A stretch of DNA of 64,000 nt from Candidatus Bathyarchaeota archaeon (GCA_963775465.1 CAVZIW010000001.1:128001-192000); one strand, 5' to 3'. Positions 9,602 through 20,754 are shown, counted from the stretch's first letter. Translations and numbers: made by a program. Notes: a model not told the origin generated them from the letters alone.

Positions 9602-12418
9602 ATGGTTGAAAAAAGTTTCCCACCATCAGCTTACGAGCTTCCCTTCTTTAAAAAAGAAGGTTTTGTCCGTAAGCATTGCCCAAAATGCGGTGAAAATTTT
9701 TGGACCCAGAACCAAAAGCAGGAGACTTGTGGTGAATCAGGTTCTGATGAATGCGGCTGCTACACTTTTCTTGGCAACCCAGCTACGATAAAGAAATATA
9801 CACTTTCTGAAATGAGGGAAGCTTTCCTATCTTTCTTCGAAAGAAATGAACATACTCGGATCAAACCTTATCCGGTTGTAGCCCGCTGGCGAAAGGACAT
9901 TTATCTAACTCATGCCAGTATCATCGATTTTCAACCGTATGTTACGGAGGGAATTGCTCCTCCACCTGCCAATCCTTTGGTGATTTCTCAACCTTGTATT
10001 AGATTAACAGACATATCCAACACGGGTCCAACTTTTGGTAGGCATTTGACCATTTTTGAAATGGGTGGGGCACACGCTTTCAATTACCCTCAAAAAGAGG
10101 TCTATTGGAAAGATGACACAGTTCGTTTCCACCATCTTTTTGCAACAGAATGTCTCGGTATTAAGTCTGAGGAAGTCATTTACAAGGAAGGAGTTTGGGT
10201 GGGAGGCGGAAACGCGGGTCCAGATGTAGAGTGCATTGTTCGTGGTTTAGAAGTGGGTACCCTTGTGTTTATGCAGTACAAGGTTGTTGGCGATGACTTT
10301 GTTGAGTTGCCTATCCGAACAGTTGACACAGGATACGGAATTGATCGTTTCGCTTGGATCAGTCAGGGCGTATCAAATGCTTTTCAAGCAATTTACGGTG
10401 ACTTAGTTGACAAAGTAATGAATATGGCTGGAATAACTAACATCGATGAAGACTTTTTGGCATGTGTGGCAAAATACTCAGGTATAGTCAGTGTTGACAA
10501 ACGTGCAAATCGTCTTGTTGCTAGAAAACGTGTTTCTGAATTAACTGGAATCGATCTCGAGACTCTTGACAGAGTTCTGATTCCCATAGAAAACGCTTGG
10601 GCAGTAATCGACCACACTAAAACACTAAGCTTCATGCTATCCGAAGGCGTCGTGCCCTCAAACATCCAAGAAGGATATCTTGCACGGCTGCTGTTCCGGC
10701 GGGTTTACCGTCTTATGCGCGCGCTCAACATTGAGCCCAACAGACTCTACGACATTATCGACTTGCAAGTAAACTATTGGGGAAAAGATTTTCCACAAAT
10801 AAAAGAGATGCAAAACGAAATCATTGAAATGCTCAAATTAGAGGATGAAAAATTCAAAGAGACCCTTAAACGTGGCGAAGGAATGGTAAAACGTATCGCA
10901 ACTGAGCTCAAGTCTGAGGGGAAAGGTAAACTTCCAACGGATAGACTCACAGAGTTGTATGATTCCCATGGGTTACCGCCTGAAATCGTAAAACAAGCTG
11001 CTGAGAAAGAAGGGGTCGAAGTTGACGTGCCTGAAAACTTCTATGCGCTTATTGCAAATCGCCATATGCAGATGCCTAAACCTGTTGAGGAAGATGAAGT
11101 GAAGTCAGAGCAGAACCTTGAGAAAGTTGCTGAGGAATTGTCCGCTACCGAGCTGCTGTATTATAATGATGTTTACATGAAAGAATTTGATGCTAAAGTC
11201 CTTAAGGTTTTGGAGGGCATCTATATTGTACTTGATGGTACATGTTTCTATCCTGAAGGGGGAGGCCAACCCCACGATGAAGGCTGGATCATAAGCGAAG
11301 ACAACAAATTTGAAGTAGTTGATGTGCAGAAAATTGGGAAAGTCATCGTTCACAAACTCAACACGCCTGCAACATTCAAGGAAGGAAGTACAGTTCATGG
11401 TATGCTCAACTGGGATAGACGTTACTCGCTAATGAAAGCCCATACCGTTACACACCTAATCAATGGTGCAGCGCGCAGAGTATTAGGCGAACATGTTTGG
11501 CAATCAGGAACACAAAAAGGTCTGGAAACCTCCCGCCTAGATATTTCTCATTATCGAAGATTAACCCAAGAAGAAATTTACAAAATCGAAACACTAGCCA
11601 ACAAAGCAATAACTGCCAACATGAAAGTTGAAACCACTTGGTTGCCCCGAAATGAAGCAGAAGCACACTATGGTTTCCGTCTTTATCAGGGTGGTGCAGT
11701 GCCGGGCAAAGATATCCGCGTTGTCAAAACAGGTGATTGGGATGTAGAGGCATGCGCCGGAACGCACCTTGGCACTACCGGCGAAGTGGCCTTTGTCAAA
11801 ATTGTCTACACCGAACGCATCCAAGACGGAGTTGAACGACTTGGTTATGCCGTTGGGCTTAGAGCGCTCAAATATGTTCAAGAACAAGAAAGTCTGTTAA
11901 TTAAGGTTTCAGAGTCATTAATTTCTCCAATAGATAAACTTGATAAGACTGCAGAAAAAATTGTCCGTGAACTCAAAGAAGCTAATGCAGAGAAACGTCG
12001 CTTAATCAAAGAGTTGGCAGAAAAGGAAAGCTTAGCCGGACAAATGCAAAACTCAAAAGATATATCAGATTTTGGCGGGATCGTGATTGTGAAACGTGAT
12101 TTCGGTGAAGTAGTAGATGTTAACCGAATGCTGCAAACCGCAACTGAAATCATAAAGCAAAATAATGCTACAGTTACACTGTTTTTTGGTTCAGATGGAA
12201 AAACCTGTAGATTATTGGTTATGGCAGGTGATGCAGCACTTCAAAAAGGCATTAATGCAGACAAAATAGTCAAAGTGGTATCCCCGATTTTCGGAGGAGG
12301 CGGCGGCGGAAGAGCCAACTTTGCTCAAGGAGGCGGCACTAAACCAGAAAAAATCCAAGAGGCTGTGAAGGCAGCTGAAGAGGAAGCAAAGAAACAGCTG
12401 AAAAATAACTCCGTTTAA
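9602..12418 (+). CDS. alaS: alanine--tRNA ligase (archaeal type)
   Basis: PYPVVARWR, HLTIFEMG, DTGYGIDR, HTVTH editing motif, C-terminal GGGGG..FAQGGG. Confidence 0.98.
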   Translation: MVEKSFPPSAYELPFFKKEGFVRKHCPKCGENFWTQNQKQETCGESGSDECGCYTFLGNPATIKKYTLSEMREAFLSFFERNEHTRIKPYPVVARWRKDIYLTHASIIDFQPYVTEGIAPPPANPLVISQPCIRLTDISNTGPTFGRHLTIFEMGGAHAFNYPQKEVYWKDDTVRFHHLFATECLGIKSEEVIYKEGVWVGGGNAGPDVECIVRGLEVGTLVFMQYKVVGDDFVELPIRTVDTGYGIDRFAWISQGVSNAFQAIYGDLVDKVMNMAGITNIDEDFLACVAKYSGIVSVDKRANRLVARKRVSELTGIDLETLDRVLIPIENAWAVIDHTKTLSFMLSEGVVPSNIQEGYLARLLFRRVYRLMRALNIEPNRLYDIIDLQVNYWGKDFPQIKEMQNEIIEMLKLEDEKFKETLKRGEGMVKRIATELKSEGKGKLPTDRLTELYDSHGLPPEIVKQAAEKEGVEVDVPENFYALIANRHMQMPKPVEEDEVKSEQNLEKVAEELSATELLYYNDVYMKEFDAKVLKVLEGIYIVLDGTCFYPEGGGQPHDEGWIISEDNKFEVVDVQKIGKVIVHKLNTPATFKEGSTVHGMLNWDRRYSLMKAHTVTHLINGAARRVLGEHVWQSGTQKGLETSRLDISHYRRLTQEEIYKIETLANKAITANMKVETTWLPRNEAEAHYGFRLYQGGAVPGKDIRVVKTGDWDVEACAGTHLGTTGEVAFVKIVYTERIQDGVERLGYAVGLRALKYVQEQESLLIKVSESLISPIDKLDKTAEKIVRELKEANAEKRRLIKELAEKESLAGQMQNSKDISDFGGIVIVKRDFGEVVDVNRMLQTATEIIKQNNATVTLFFGSDGKTCRLLVMAGDAALQKGINADKIVKVVSPIFGGGGGGRANFAQGGGTKPEKIQEAVKAAEEEAKKQLKNNSV

Positions 12419-12553
12419 AACAAAAAACATACACTAAAGCAATCCGGACACCTCTAAAAATTACCTCCATATTTTCAGGAAAAAGCTCAAATTGACAGGA
12501 ACTAACTATTTTGACAATGGATAATACAAAAAATACTCAGCAAGAAAAAAAAG

Positions 12554-13127
12554 TTGAGGAACAACATAAGACACTTCAAGCAGCCAAAAATAGATAGTCT
12601 GGCATACCAATTTGACATCCAAAAATCAATAAACAAGGAAAAACCCAAGAAAACAATAGTTATCACTGGAATTACTCATATCCCAAAAGAAAACGAGTTG
12701 GGCATTAAAATTTGGTTCGACTTATTGCCTTCAAAAGCTTCATTCTCCAAAATAACATTAGACATATACTTTCAAGACCATTTACTCAAATCAACAACAC
12801 TTGGCATACCGCAAAGCTTACTTCTAAACGATAGTTTTGAGCATTCCTTAGTGTTAGACATGAGAGGAATACGCGAAGGAGACTACATAATCAGGGTAGA
12901 AATCTACGAGTTATGGGATGCAAATGAAAAACTAAACTTCACTTCCGAAGAAAGAATCATACATTATGTACCTATAACTAGTAGAAGAAAGATTAGTTAG
13001 AATTCCAACAGTAAAGAGCGTTGGTGACACCGACTTGGCAGTTGTTTCATCTGCTGCAAGGGGAATTTTTAGCGAATTAAATGATGACTTGAGAAGAGAA
13101 TCAGAAAGCAAAAGAGACCAATGGTGA
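12554..13127 (+). pseudogene. hypothetical protein with an apparent +1 frameshift near 12980
   Basis: ORF stops at 13000, but the shifted frame continues EERLVRIPTVKSVGDTDLAVVSS...RRESESKRDQW to TGA at 13127. Confidence 0.55.
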
Positions 13128-13204
13128 AGCGCATCCTGTAATCTTATTCCACTTTAGAAAACAGTTAAAACGGTCCTATGACTTAATCTGTAAGGCGACG
13201 TCTA

Positions 13205-13537
13205 ATGGACGCATTTAAGGTAACAATCATTGTAGCCGTACTGGCTTCTCTAGCTGTTTTAGGAGGCATTGTAGTCATTAGTCAGGATGCTATAGATAAT
13301 GCAAAAATCCCCGAAGTCCAAAAAGACAAAGTCGTTTCTAAAACTGTTATTGAGGATGGTTATCCAGCAAACTTTTCCGTTATACTTGACAGCGGTCAAA
13401 TACTGTACATTTTAAATGACTCAGCTCTTTACGATAGCATATTGATTAATCAAACTTACCAATTTGATTGTCGGCTAGATTTCAAACAAAAAATAATTTT
13501 TATAGAGACAGCAACACTACAAGACAAAATTGCATAG
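13205..13537 (+). CDS. hypothetical membrane-anchored protein
   Basis: N-terminal TM helix followed by a beta-rich domain. Confidence 0.65.
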   Translation: MDAFKVTIIVAVLASLAVLGGIVVISQDAIDNAKIPEVQKDKVVSKTVIEDGYPANFSVILDSGQILYILNDSALYDSILINQTYQFDCRLDFKQKIIFIETATLQDKIA

Positions 13538-13588
13538 AAGTCTTTAGTCTACAAATGGAATAATCTTATTCTAGTAAAAAGGATCTTT

Positions 13589-14161
13589 TTATGCTAAGAC
13601 GTTTAGGTTTATCAAAATAAAGACGCTAATGTAGATTAAGAAGAAAACACTAAAGAATTTATGATAATTTTGATTTTTTGTCACAACTGCAACTATGCTC
13701 AAAACGGTCATCAACAGAATTGTAATAATGTATAATGGTCCTTGAGTTAGTAAATGCGGGACTCCTTTAAGCACAGTATCCACAAAGTCTAATAGCGGAA
13801 GCATAGCCGCCAAAGCAAAAAACCAACGGTGATCCTCATAAAAGTTCTCCTTAAAATTCATGATTGGCTCCTCGAAAGGATCAGGAAACAAAATAACTGT
13901 TAATAAGAATGAAACAGTTGGCGTTAAGAGCAAAAACATGAAAAGCGGAAAAGTCCACGTAGGCTGCGGTTCCCAACGGAACATTACCCACCAATTTAAA
14001 CCCATAAACAAAAAAACGTTAAGGCTCCAAAGCAAATGAACCCAATAAGTATGGACCTTTTTTCTCTTCTCTAAAATTCTCCCTATCCCAGTAAGGAGCC
14101 TAGTTATGCCTAAGGCAATGACTATTGAAGGTACGATGGATATGTAGGAGAAAGCATCCAT
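13589..14161 (-). CDS. hypothetical integral membrane protein
   Basis: about six TM helices; YWVHLLW and LFPD motifs. Confidence 0.75.
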   Translation of the reverse strand: MDAFSYISIVPSIVIALGITRLLTGIGRILEKRKKVHTYWVHLLWSLNVFLFMGLNWWVMFRWEPQPTWTFPLFMFLLLTPTVSFLLTVILFPDPFEEPIMNFKENFYEDHRWFFALAAMLPLLDFVDTVLKGVPHLLTQGPLYIITILLMTVLSIVAVVTKNQNYHKFFSVFFLIYISVFILINLNVLA

Positions 14162-14262
14162 GCTTTCGCTCAGCCAGCAATAGAGCAAAAATATGAAGAT
14201 GAATATTTAACATTTGCTCAGAAACCCATTTTTACTTTAGAATCAAGAGGGACAAGTTTTTT

Positions 14263-14535
14263 CTATTCTTTCTTAGCTTTCCATTCTTCTACCATGCGTT
14301 TTACTTTCTTTTCCAACTTCAACTCGTATTCATGTTCTGGCACCATAGGTAGAAGCGCGTCTTCCTTTACCAACTCGCTTGGCTGCACAATACGTCTTTC
14401 TCCAGCTTTAACAGGGACCTTTTCACCTTCTAAACAATCCTTAAAATCTTCCAAAGCTTCCACGATCCAGTAGCCTTCACTTTCTGTTATAATTTTGACT
14501 TTGTATTTTCCTCTATAATAGTAGAAAGGGTCCAA
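14263..14535 (-). CDS. hypothetical protein
   Basis: 90-aa ORF with normal composition. Confidence 0.6.
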   Translation of the reverse strand: MDPFYYYRGKYKVKIITESEGYWIVEALEDFKDCLEGEKVPVKAGERRIVQPSELVKEDALLPMVPEHEYELKLEKKVKRMVEEWKAKKE

Positions 14536-15108
14536 AGAATTTCACAATAACTAGTTTGTTTGAGGGTAAATAACTCTTACTCATGGCTCTATAGAGTGCA
14601 CTCAAGTCTTTTTTAATACCATTCATTGATTAAAGAGATTAAAAAAAGAGCATGCAACAAAGCCCAGGGAAGATGAATCAAGACTAATTTCTCAAAATCA
14701 TGGAAACAGGTCTCGAAATCTTTCTTAAATTGCGACTTCGAGACTTCGAAGACAACGAAAATCTCGCTTCACCCTTCAAGTCGGTCAATTTAAACAAGAT
14801 TCCTTTATTGTAACGCTTCTTCGATTATCGAAAAGTCAACAAGCCAACATCACTAATTTTTGATAACTTCAAATGTTTGTTCACTAATACACGCACTTAG
14901 CAGAAAAGCAATATTTAGTGAAACAACAAGGCTAACTTTTTTTATATGCAAATTTTATGAATTTTGTTGAGTCGATCGATATCCGAATAGGTTTTTTCGC
15001 AAAACTATTGCAATTTATTGCCTTCTACTTGTGATGCAAATGTCCAGTTTGTTTTCTATTTCAGATACGCTTCTGATAGCTGCAACGACTATATTGCAGT
15101 TTCAACAA

Positions 15109-16822
15109 TTAGCCATTAACGGTTTCTAAGCTTTGAGTCTTTTTACAGAGATTTGAGATAGCAAGCATAATTGGCGGCATTGTAAAAATACTAAATACCC
15201 GCGTGTACTTGGCCGCACCAGCTTTTTGGACGTTATCCACATTCCCGCCCCCGCGCAAGTATCCGTCGATAAAAGCCTTAGCAATGGACTCAGCTTTATT
15301 ACTACTGTTGAAAGGTTGAAGATGATGTCCACAATAATAAAGAAAAACTGCTATATCCCAAGCTTTATCCCCACCCTGTGTGGCTTGTTCAAAATCAATT
15401 AGGAAAATCGTTCCGTCTTTTTTAATTAACATGTTTTCTGGTTTAGTGTCGCCTAAAACAATATTTCGGGAATGAACTTTAGCAAAAATTTCTGCCCACT
15501 TTGTCAATTAAAGCAAGTTCAGCTGAAGTATCTTGACCGATTTCTGCTTCCGCTATGCGTTTAACGGCTTGGCTTAGGCTTTCTCCTTCTATAAACTCCA
15601 TAAAAACCAAACGTTGTGAATTACTTATATGTAAAATCTTGGGAACATTGAAGCCTTCTGACCTTAGCAATTCGCTGATTGCACATTCTTTGGAGAGACG
15701 CGCTTGACCTGAAACTGCAAATGATCGAGCTCCAAAAGACCACAATGACAACGGGAACCATTTGAATCCTGCCCAATCTTTGAACCGTTTAGCTAAGACT
15801 TTTTGTTCAGCTCCGTCAATGTGTGCGCTAATCAAATAGACGTCGTTTAACATTCCGCCGACTGGTTCTACCTGGATGTCGCCGACACGCCCTTTTAACA
15901 ACATTTTTTTTGCGAATCCCTTAATGTTAACTCTATCTGACAATGAAACCAATCCTTCGCTTGTCGGTATATACACATACTTCTGTGGGTCAATAAACTT
16001 GCATCCAAAATCAAGCTGACGAACCCAATTAATTCTCTGAGTTTTCAAAAAAGTTTCCGTATTGTGGGAAACAATACTCATTAATTGCGGTAAAACCCCA
16101 AATATTGATGTAAATAAAGTTCTGGGCGCGTTTTTTGACATATTTATAAAACGTTTTTTAGGGTTTTGAACTTTTGAAATGACTTTTTGGGAAATTTTTA
16201 CATAGCCATTAGAGAAACTAATTTTTCCTTCTGCTTCAAGTTGTTGCAGGGCGTTTTTATAGCCGCTGAGTTCTTGGTCCTCGTTCTGTTCAAGGCACCC
16301 CATCAATCCTGCCAAATCATAGGCTAATAATGGGAAAACTCGTATACGTTTAAGATAAACCTCGTATAGGAAATATTGTGGTTTAATTTGGATTTGATTT
16401 GCTAGTTCGGGGAAATTTAACGCCAAGTTCTCGATTAACTCAAGAACTAGGCGTTTTTTTAATTCAATTTCTTTTTCACGCAAATATTTTTTGCCGAGAA
16501 GAGGGAAATATGGAAAAATGAGTTTGCTTGCGAAAGCTTCTCCTAATAATCCTCTTTCTACGTCGCGTTCGAAAATCCATTGGTCAACTGCAAAAATAAA
16601 AAATGTCTTGCCATTAATCACCTTTAGATAGCTAATCATCCTTGGCGGATAATCGTGAATAACAAGCATGACTTCTTGAATTGTTCGCTCAAAAGATGTT
16701 TTAGCGGAATAGATGTCAACATATGCAATGGATGAGATTGTTGATGAACCAGCGAGGTGTCTACAAAAATCCAGTACTTGCTTGTTTAATCCGCTGCCTG
16801 CGCTGCTATTATTTTCTTTCAA
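15109..16822 (-). pseudogene. protein-kinase-like/phosphotransferase (Kdo/RIO-like) protein with a long N-terminal domain, split by a +1 frameshift near 15495
   Basis: LAKRF, VPKIL and LVFMEFIEGE in the upstream ORF; HSRNIVLGDTKPEN and LIDFEQA in the downstream ORF; removing one A restores LIDKVGEIFAKVHS. Confidence 0.75.
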
Positions 16823-17022
16823 TTTTTCACCAAAGCATATAGAAGGAAATATTAAATGATGTATTTAAAACGAGTTTGTTTAAGTCTATCATTATTTAAT
16901 GTTATTGAGGAAAGCAAGTAAGATAAAAACAGCAAAATCACCTAATTCTATTTCCCCGGCAATTATTCCCGATGAAAAAGCTTTTATCTTCATTGAACTC
17001 ACAGAAAATTAGAGGAATAAAA

Positions 17023-17682
17023 ATGACTTTAGACACAAGCAAAACTTTAGGTGGCATCGGAGCGATCCTTCTACTCATCGGCATAATACCATTCATTCAA
17101 TACATTTGGATAATAGGACTTGTAGGCGTCGTTCTAATTTTAGCGGCACTACATGGCTTAGAATCATTCTATAACTCAAAAGGTATTTTTAGCAATGCAA
17201 TCTACGGCATCATAACTGGCGTAGTTGGAGTAGTCATCGCAGTAATAGTAGCTGTCGCTTCTTTAATCGCAAACATTGGCAACATTAACGCTTTCATATC
17301 AACTGTCTATCCTGACTGGAACGGTGATTGGTCCACCCTCTCTGGCTTATCACCAACGACCGCTAACGTCAACCCGTCGGATCTAATCCCTCTCATTTCG
17401 GGATTAATCATAACATTTGTAGCAGTTTTTGTAGTCGTCTGGGTCTTTGCTATCATTTCAACATTCTTTTTTAGAAGATCACTGACACAAGTGAAGGACA
17501 AAACAAACGTAGGCTTGTTCGGCACTGTCGGCATACTTCTTTTCATAGGCGCAATCTTGATTATAGTAGTTGGATTTGGATTTTTGCTAATGTGGATAGC
17601 AATCTTGCTTCTTGCAATTGCCTTCTTCACTATAAAAACCCCGACGCAGTCAATGCCATCTGCAATGCCTTCGTCACCGTAA
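17023..17682 (+). CDS. DUF996-family membrane protein
   Basis: KTLGGIGAILLLIG, GIFSNA, LF.T.G.LLFIGAIL, AIAFF. Confidence 0.8.
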   Translation: MTLDTSKTLGGIGAILLLIGIIPFIQYIWIIGLVGVVLILAALHGLESFYNSKGIFSNAIYGIITGVVGVVIAVIVAVASLIANIGNINAFISTVYPDWNGDWSTLSGLSPTTANVNPSDLIPLISGLIITFVAVFVVVWVFAIISTFFFRRSLTQVKDKTNVGLFGTVGILLFIGAILIIVVGFGFLLMWIAILLLAIAFFTIKTPTQSMPSAMPSSP

Positions 17683-17887
17683 GCAGCAGTCTGAAAACAT
17701 TTCCCCATTTTTTTTATTAGTATCTAGATTTGAATCATTGCGACAACTTATCTACAGAAACAATAATTCTTTCACTTCTTGGCTCTCCACTCATGCAAAA
17801 ATTGGCCTTTGAGCACGAGAGATACAATTTAGGGATGTACCAGCTACGAGTTGTTATTTATATGACTTTAAATTAGCTTTATCGAAT

Positions 17888-18268
17888 CTACCTTTTCTTT
17901 TTACGTTTGCTTTCTAAGTCAGCATCTTTAGCTTCAGCCATTAACACTACATCTCTAACAGTAGTCGGCTTGTTTGTAGCCTTCAAAAAATCTTTTCCTC
18001 TCCATCCGCATTCCCGACATTCATACTCAGGACGAGTAAAACCCATATGAGAGAACATATCTCCACTCATTGTATTGACCCTTCGAATCCGTGGGCTCTT
18101 ACATTTAGGACAGACTGCAATATCAACATGTTTTCCTTCTTTTTCCAACTTATCTAAAGCTTCGACTAATTCAGGCAAGAGTTTGCTTTCTACTTTTTCT
18201 GTCTCTAGGATTGTTATCTGTTTTTTTCTTTTCTTTTTTTTCTTTTGTTCTTGTTCTCTTTCGCCCAT
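17888..18268 (-). CDS. zinc-ribbon hypothetical protein
   Basis: CPKC...CREC; lysine-rich termini. Confidence 0.7.
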   Translation of the reverse strand: MGEREQEQKKKKKRKKQITILETEKVESKLLPELVEALDKLEKEGKHVDIAVCPKCKSPRIRRVNTMSGDMFSHMGFTRPEYECRECGWRGKDFLKATNKPTTVRDVVLMAEAKDADLESKRKKKR

Positions 18269-18760
18269 TACAGTCAGACTCTGAACTAAATGAACAAATA
18301 TGTTCTTATAAATTTTGTACCCGTTAATTTTTCATATCTTATTTTTTTCTCTTTATAAACATCTTTAAAAATAGCTTGCTGTACCATCATCGGGCTGATG
18401 CCTCCGTCTTCTTATTCAAAAGTTTCTTAAATTTTCTTGTAGGTGTGTATTTAGCTTCAACGGTTAGTTTTACCAATGTTTCTAAATATAGTCCACCCTC
18501 CATAGAAATACGACAGGCCTCCCCGTCCTCCTCATCCCATCCGACCCAACCCAACATAGACTACAAACAAAAAAACACACCTCCCATCCCAACAACAACA
18601 AAAAAACATTCCAAACCAAAAAAGCAAACACCCCCACCACCAAAAGATTGGATGCGAACACATCACAAGAACCCATCCTCAAAAAGAAAAAAAATTACGC
18701 TAAAACGAAGCAAAAATGTTGGCTAGAACAACTCGAACTAAATACAGACTCCAGGTCTTT

Positions 18761-19039
18761 CTAAATATGTTTGATGTAGACGCGTGCGTTTTGTGTATTC
18801 TTAGAAGTCTTTAAAAATCCGTTCAAATGAATAAGCTAAAGCATCTTTTGCAGTAAATTATCACTTCATGTAGCTCATTGTTCCTCATTGCAATATCGTG
18901 AATAACGTAGTTAGCTTCTAATTGGTCGTCTGGGGATATTTTCATTCCGCAGTTAGGGCATTTGAAAGAGCCATCTTTGCCTAGTTCTGGATACAACGAT
19001 CTGGTATGCCTTAATTTGCTGGGTATTCTTTTGTACCAA
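18761..19039 (-). pseudogene. small zinc-finger protein with two apparent frameshifts (not in the ORF track)
   Basis: joined frames read MVQKNTQQIKAYQIVVSR/LGKDGSFKCPNCGMKISPDDQ...EVIIYCKRCFS/IHLNGFLK; CxxC...CxxC pair. Confidence 0.5.
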
Positions 19040-19228
19040 CTTAGTTTCCCTCAAGTCTACCTGAACCTTGTTACCTTATTAATTGATTTTTCATAATTTT
19101 GTGCAAATTTCTCCCAAATTAAAAACCCTAATGAAAAAAAGTTAACCTCAAAAACAGGGTCCTTGGGTGCGATTGCGATAGGATTCTTCTTTAACGTGGT
19201 GTATCTTGTTGCCGAAGGTTTTTTGCTT

Positions 19229-19483
19229 CTATAAGAAAACGGTTGTGGCAGAATTGGAAATAATTTTATTAGCTTTCCAAAGGTAGGCACCGTAAAAGAG
19301 ATCTAAAAAAATTTTTAGTGGCATTTCATATATTTGCTGTTTGGAAAAGCCTTCCTTACACATAATCTGCAAAACTTCTTTTTCTAAGAGCACTTTTTCA
19401 GAGTAGCAGTTAGGACTTGAATTTTCCATTTCGCGCAAAAAAGTTGCAAATGTTTCTTGCAAACAGATTCCTTCTCCTTGCAC
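19229..19483 (-). CDS. hypothetical protein
   Basis: 84-aa ORF with no recognisable motif. Confidence 0.3.
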   Translation of the reverse strand: MQGEGICLQETFATFLREMENSSPNCYSEKVLLEKEVLQIMCKEGFSKQQIYEMPLKIFLDLFYGAYLWKANKIISNSATTVFL

Positions 19484-19647
19484 TTATCAAAGCACAATTT
19501 TCTATAAATCAATATGCTTTTTGTAATTGAAAAATCGGAATGTTCGTTATAATTGGCTAAATAAGCTGTAGTTTTTCTATTTGACTTTTGTGGAAAATTT
19601 TTTAAGCGAAAAGTAAAGAATAAAGAATTAAAAAAAGAGGCTGCAAA

Positions 19648-19848
19648 ATGAAAAGGTTGTCTGTAGTAATCTCATTAACAATTGGATTGCTATGTTTGTT
19701 TTCTTCAATGGAAGTAGTTCTTGCTAACGTAACGATTGATTATACGCTTCCAACTATCTGGGTAATTATCATCGGGGGATTTGTGTTTTTTTTGGCGCTT
19801 GTCGGGTGGATAGTTTTTGACTGGCTACGTCATCGAGAAAAAAAGTAA
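19648..19848 (+). CDS. small membrane protein
   Basis: signal-like N-terminus plus a TM helix; GAGG SD. Confidence 0.5.
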   Translation: MKRLSVVISLTIGLLCLFSSMEVVLANVTIDYTLPTIWVIIIGGFVFFLALVGWIVFDWLRHREKK

Positions 19849-19928
19849 TACTTGAGATGTTGAATGTTTCAGGTTAAGATATCTAAAAGTTGGTTTGTGG
19901 GTTAAAAAAAGATAAATTGTGAGTTTCA

Positions 19929-20282
19929 TTGGTGTTTGACGTTTTTGTTCGTTTATTGATGGCGTTATTTTTGTCAATTCTGATAGAGTGTGTCATTGCA
20001 TTCGCGTTTGGATTTAGAGAGAGAAAGTTATTTCTTGCAGTTGCCACGATAAATCTGATTACAAATCCCATCCTGAATTACCTGATACTGATCATTCAAA
20101 GTCTTGCCTTGTTTCGAGTTGATTTTTTTGTTTTATTAATTTTCGAGTTTGGTGTTGTGTTTGTTGAGTGGAGATTGCTAGCTTTTTCTGCATTTGGAAA
20201 CGCTAAAAAACTGCTATTGCTTTCTTTGGCTATGAATTTGTGCTCCTTCGCTTCAGGTTTACTTATTTTCGCTTTAGTATAG
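19929..20282 (+). CDS. hypothetical membrane protein
   Basis: four TM helices; ILIE..IA, INLITNP.LN, E.GVVFVE and N..SF..G pattern. Confidence 0.65.
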   Translation: MVFDVFVRLLMALFLSILIECVIAFAFGFRERKLFLAVATINLITNPILNYLILIIQSLALFRVDFFVLLIFEFGVVFVEWRLLAFSAFGNAKKLLLLSLAMNLCSFASGLLIFALV

Positions 20283-20510
20283 CTTTTTGTGTTGACGTTA
20301 AAAAGATGGCTTTTTCCATGTTAATCCTATAGATTGTACTGCTATATTGTAGGATTCTCAGTTTTTCTTTTGATATCACTTTGTTAGCTATTGTTATTTT
20401 TCCTATGTTATTTGGGCTTGAGTTGCTCCAAGAATTGCTCTACTATTTTTCGGTTAATTTTCTTTTCATCTCCCAAAGCCCTTAAGTGACTGGGACGCTG
20501 TTCTATGAGC

Positions 20511-20575
20511 GGGGGATGATGTCGCCGTCCCAGTCTGATCGGGAAAGATGAAGAATTAAACGATTGACAGACCCC
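20511..20575 (+). ncRNA. box C/D guide sRNA; the D' guide is predicted to target the 23S rRNA P-loop (Gm2251, E. coli numbering)
   Basis: GGGG/CCCC terminal stem; box C ATGATGT (20516), guide CGCCGTCCCAGT, box D' CTGA (20535), box C' ATGAAGA (20548), guide ATTAAACGATTGA, box D CAGA (20568); TATA-like CTTAAG at 20481. Confidence 0.7.
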
Positions 20576-20589
20576 AAACAAATCCAAAT

Positions 20590-20754
20590 ATGTTGAAAAT
20601 GATGCCACCCATAAAAAAAATTTGCCCAAAATGCGGTTCAAGCGAAGTAGAAAATCAGAAAAATCAAGAATTCTGCTGCAAAAGATGTGGCGAAATCTTC
20701 TATTTTGTCACTCCAAACACTGCCAGCCCCGAAATGGATAGGTATAAATTATAA
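20590..20754 (+). CDS. small zinc-ribbon protein (54 aa, not in the ORF track)
   Basis: MLKMMPPIKKICPKCGSSEV...FCCKRCGEIFYFVTP... Confidence 0.65.
   Translation: MLKMMPPIKKICPKCGSSEVENQKNQEFCCKRCGEIFYFVTPNTASPEMDRYKL

Noticed and set aside
18376-18726. 116-aa K/P/T-rich ORF and its antisense partner
   Set aside because: Arises from an A/C-skewed low-complexity tract; no motif or clear start signal.
20555-20567. Assignment of the second sRNA guide to a 16S or 23S GUUUAAU site
   Set aside because: Only about 7 nt pair confidently, and the recalled rRNA sequence mismatches at the D+5 position; the target is left unresolved.
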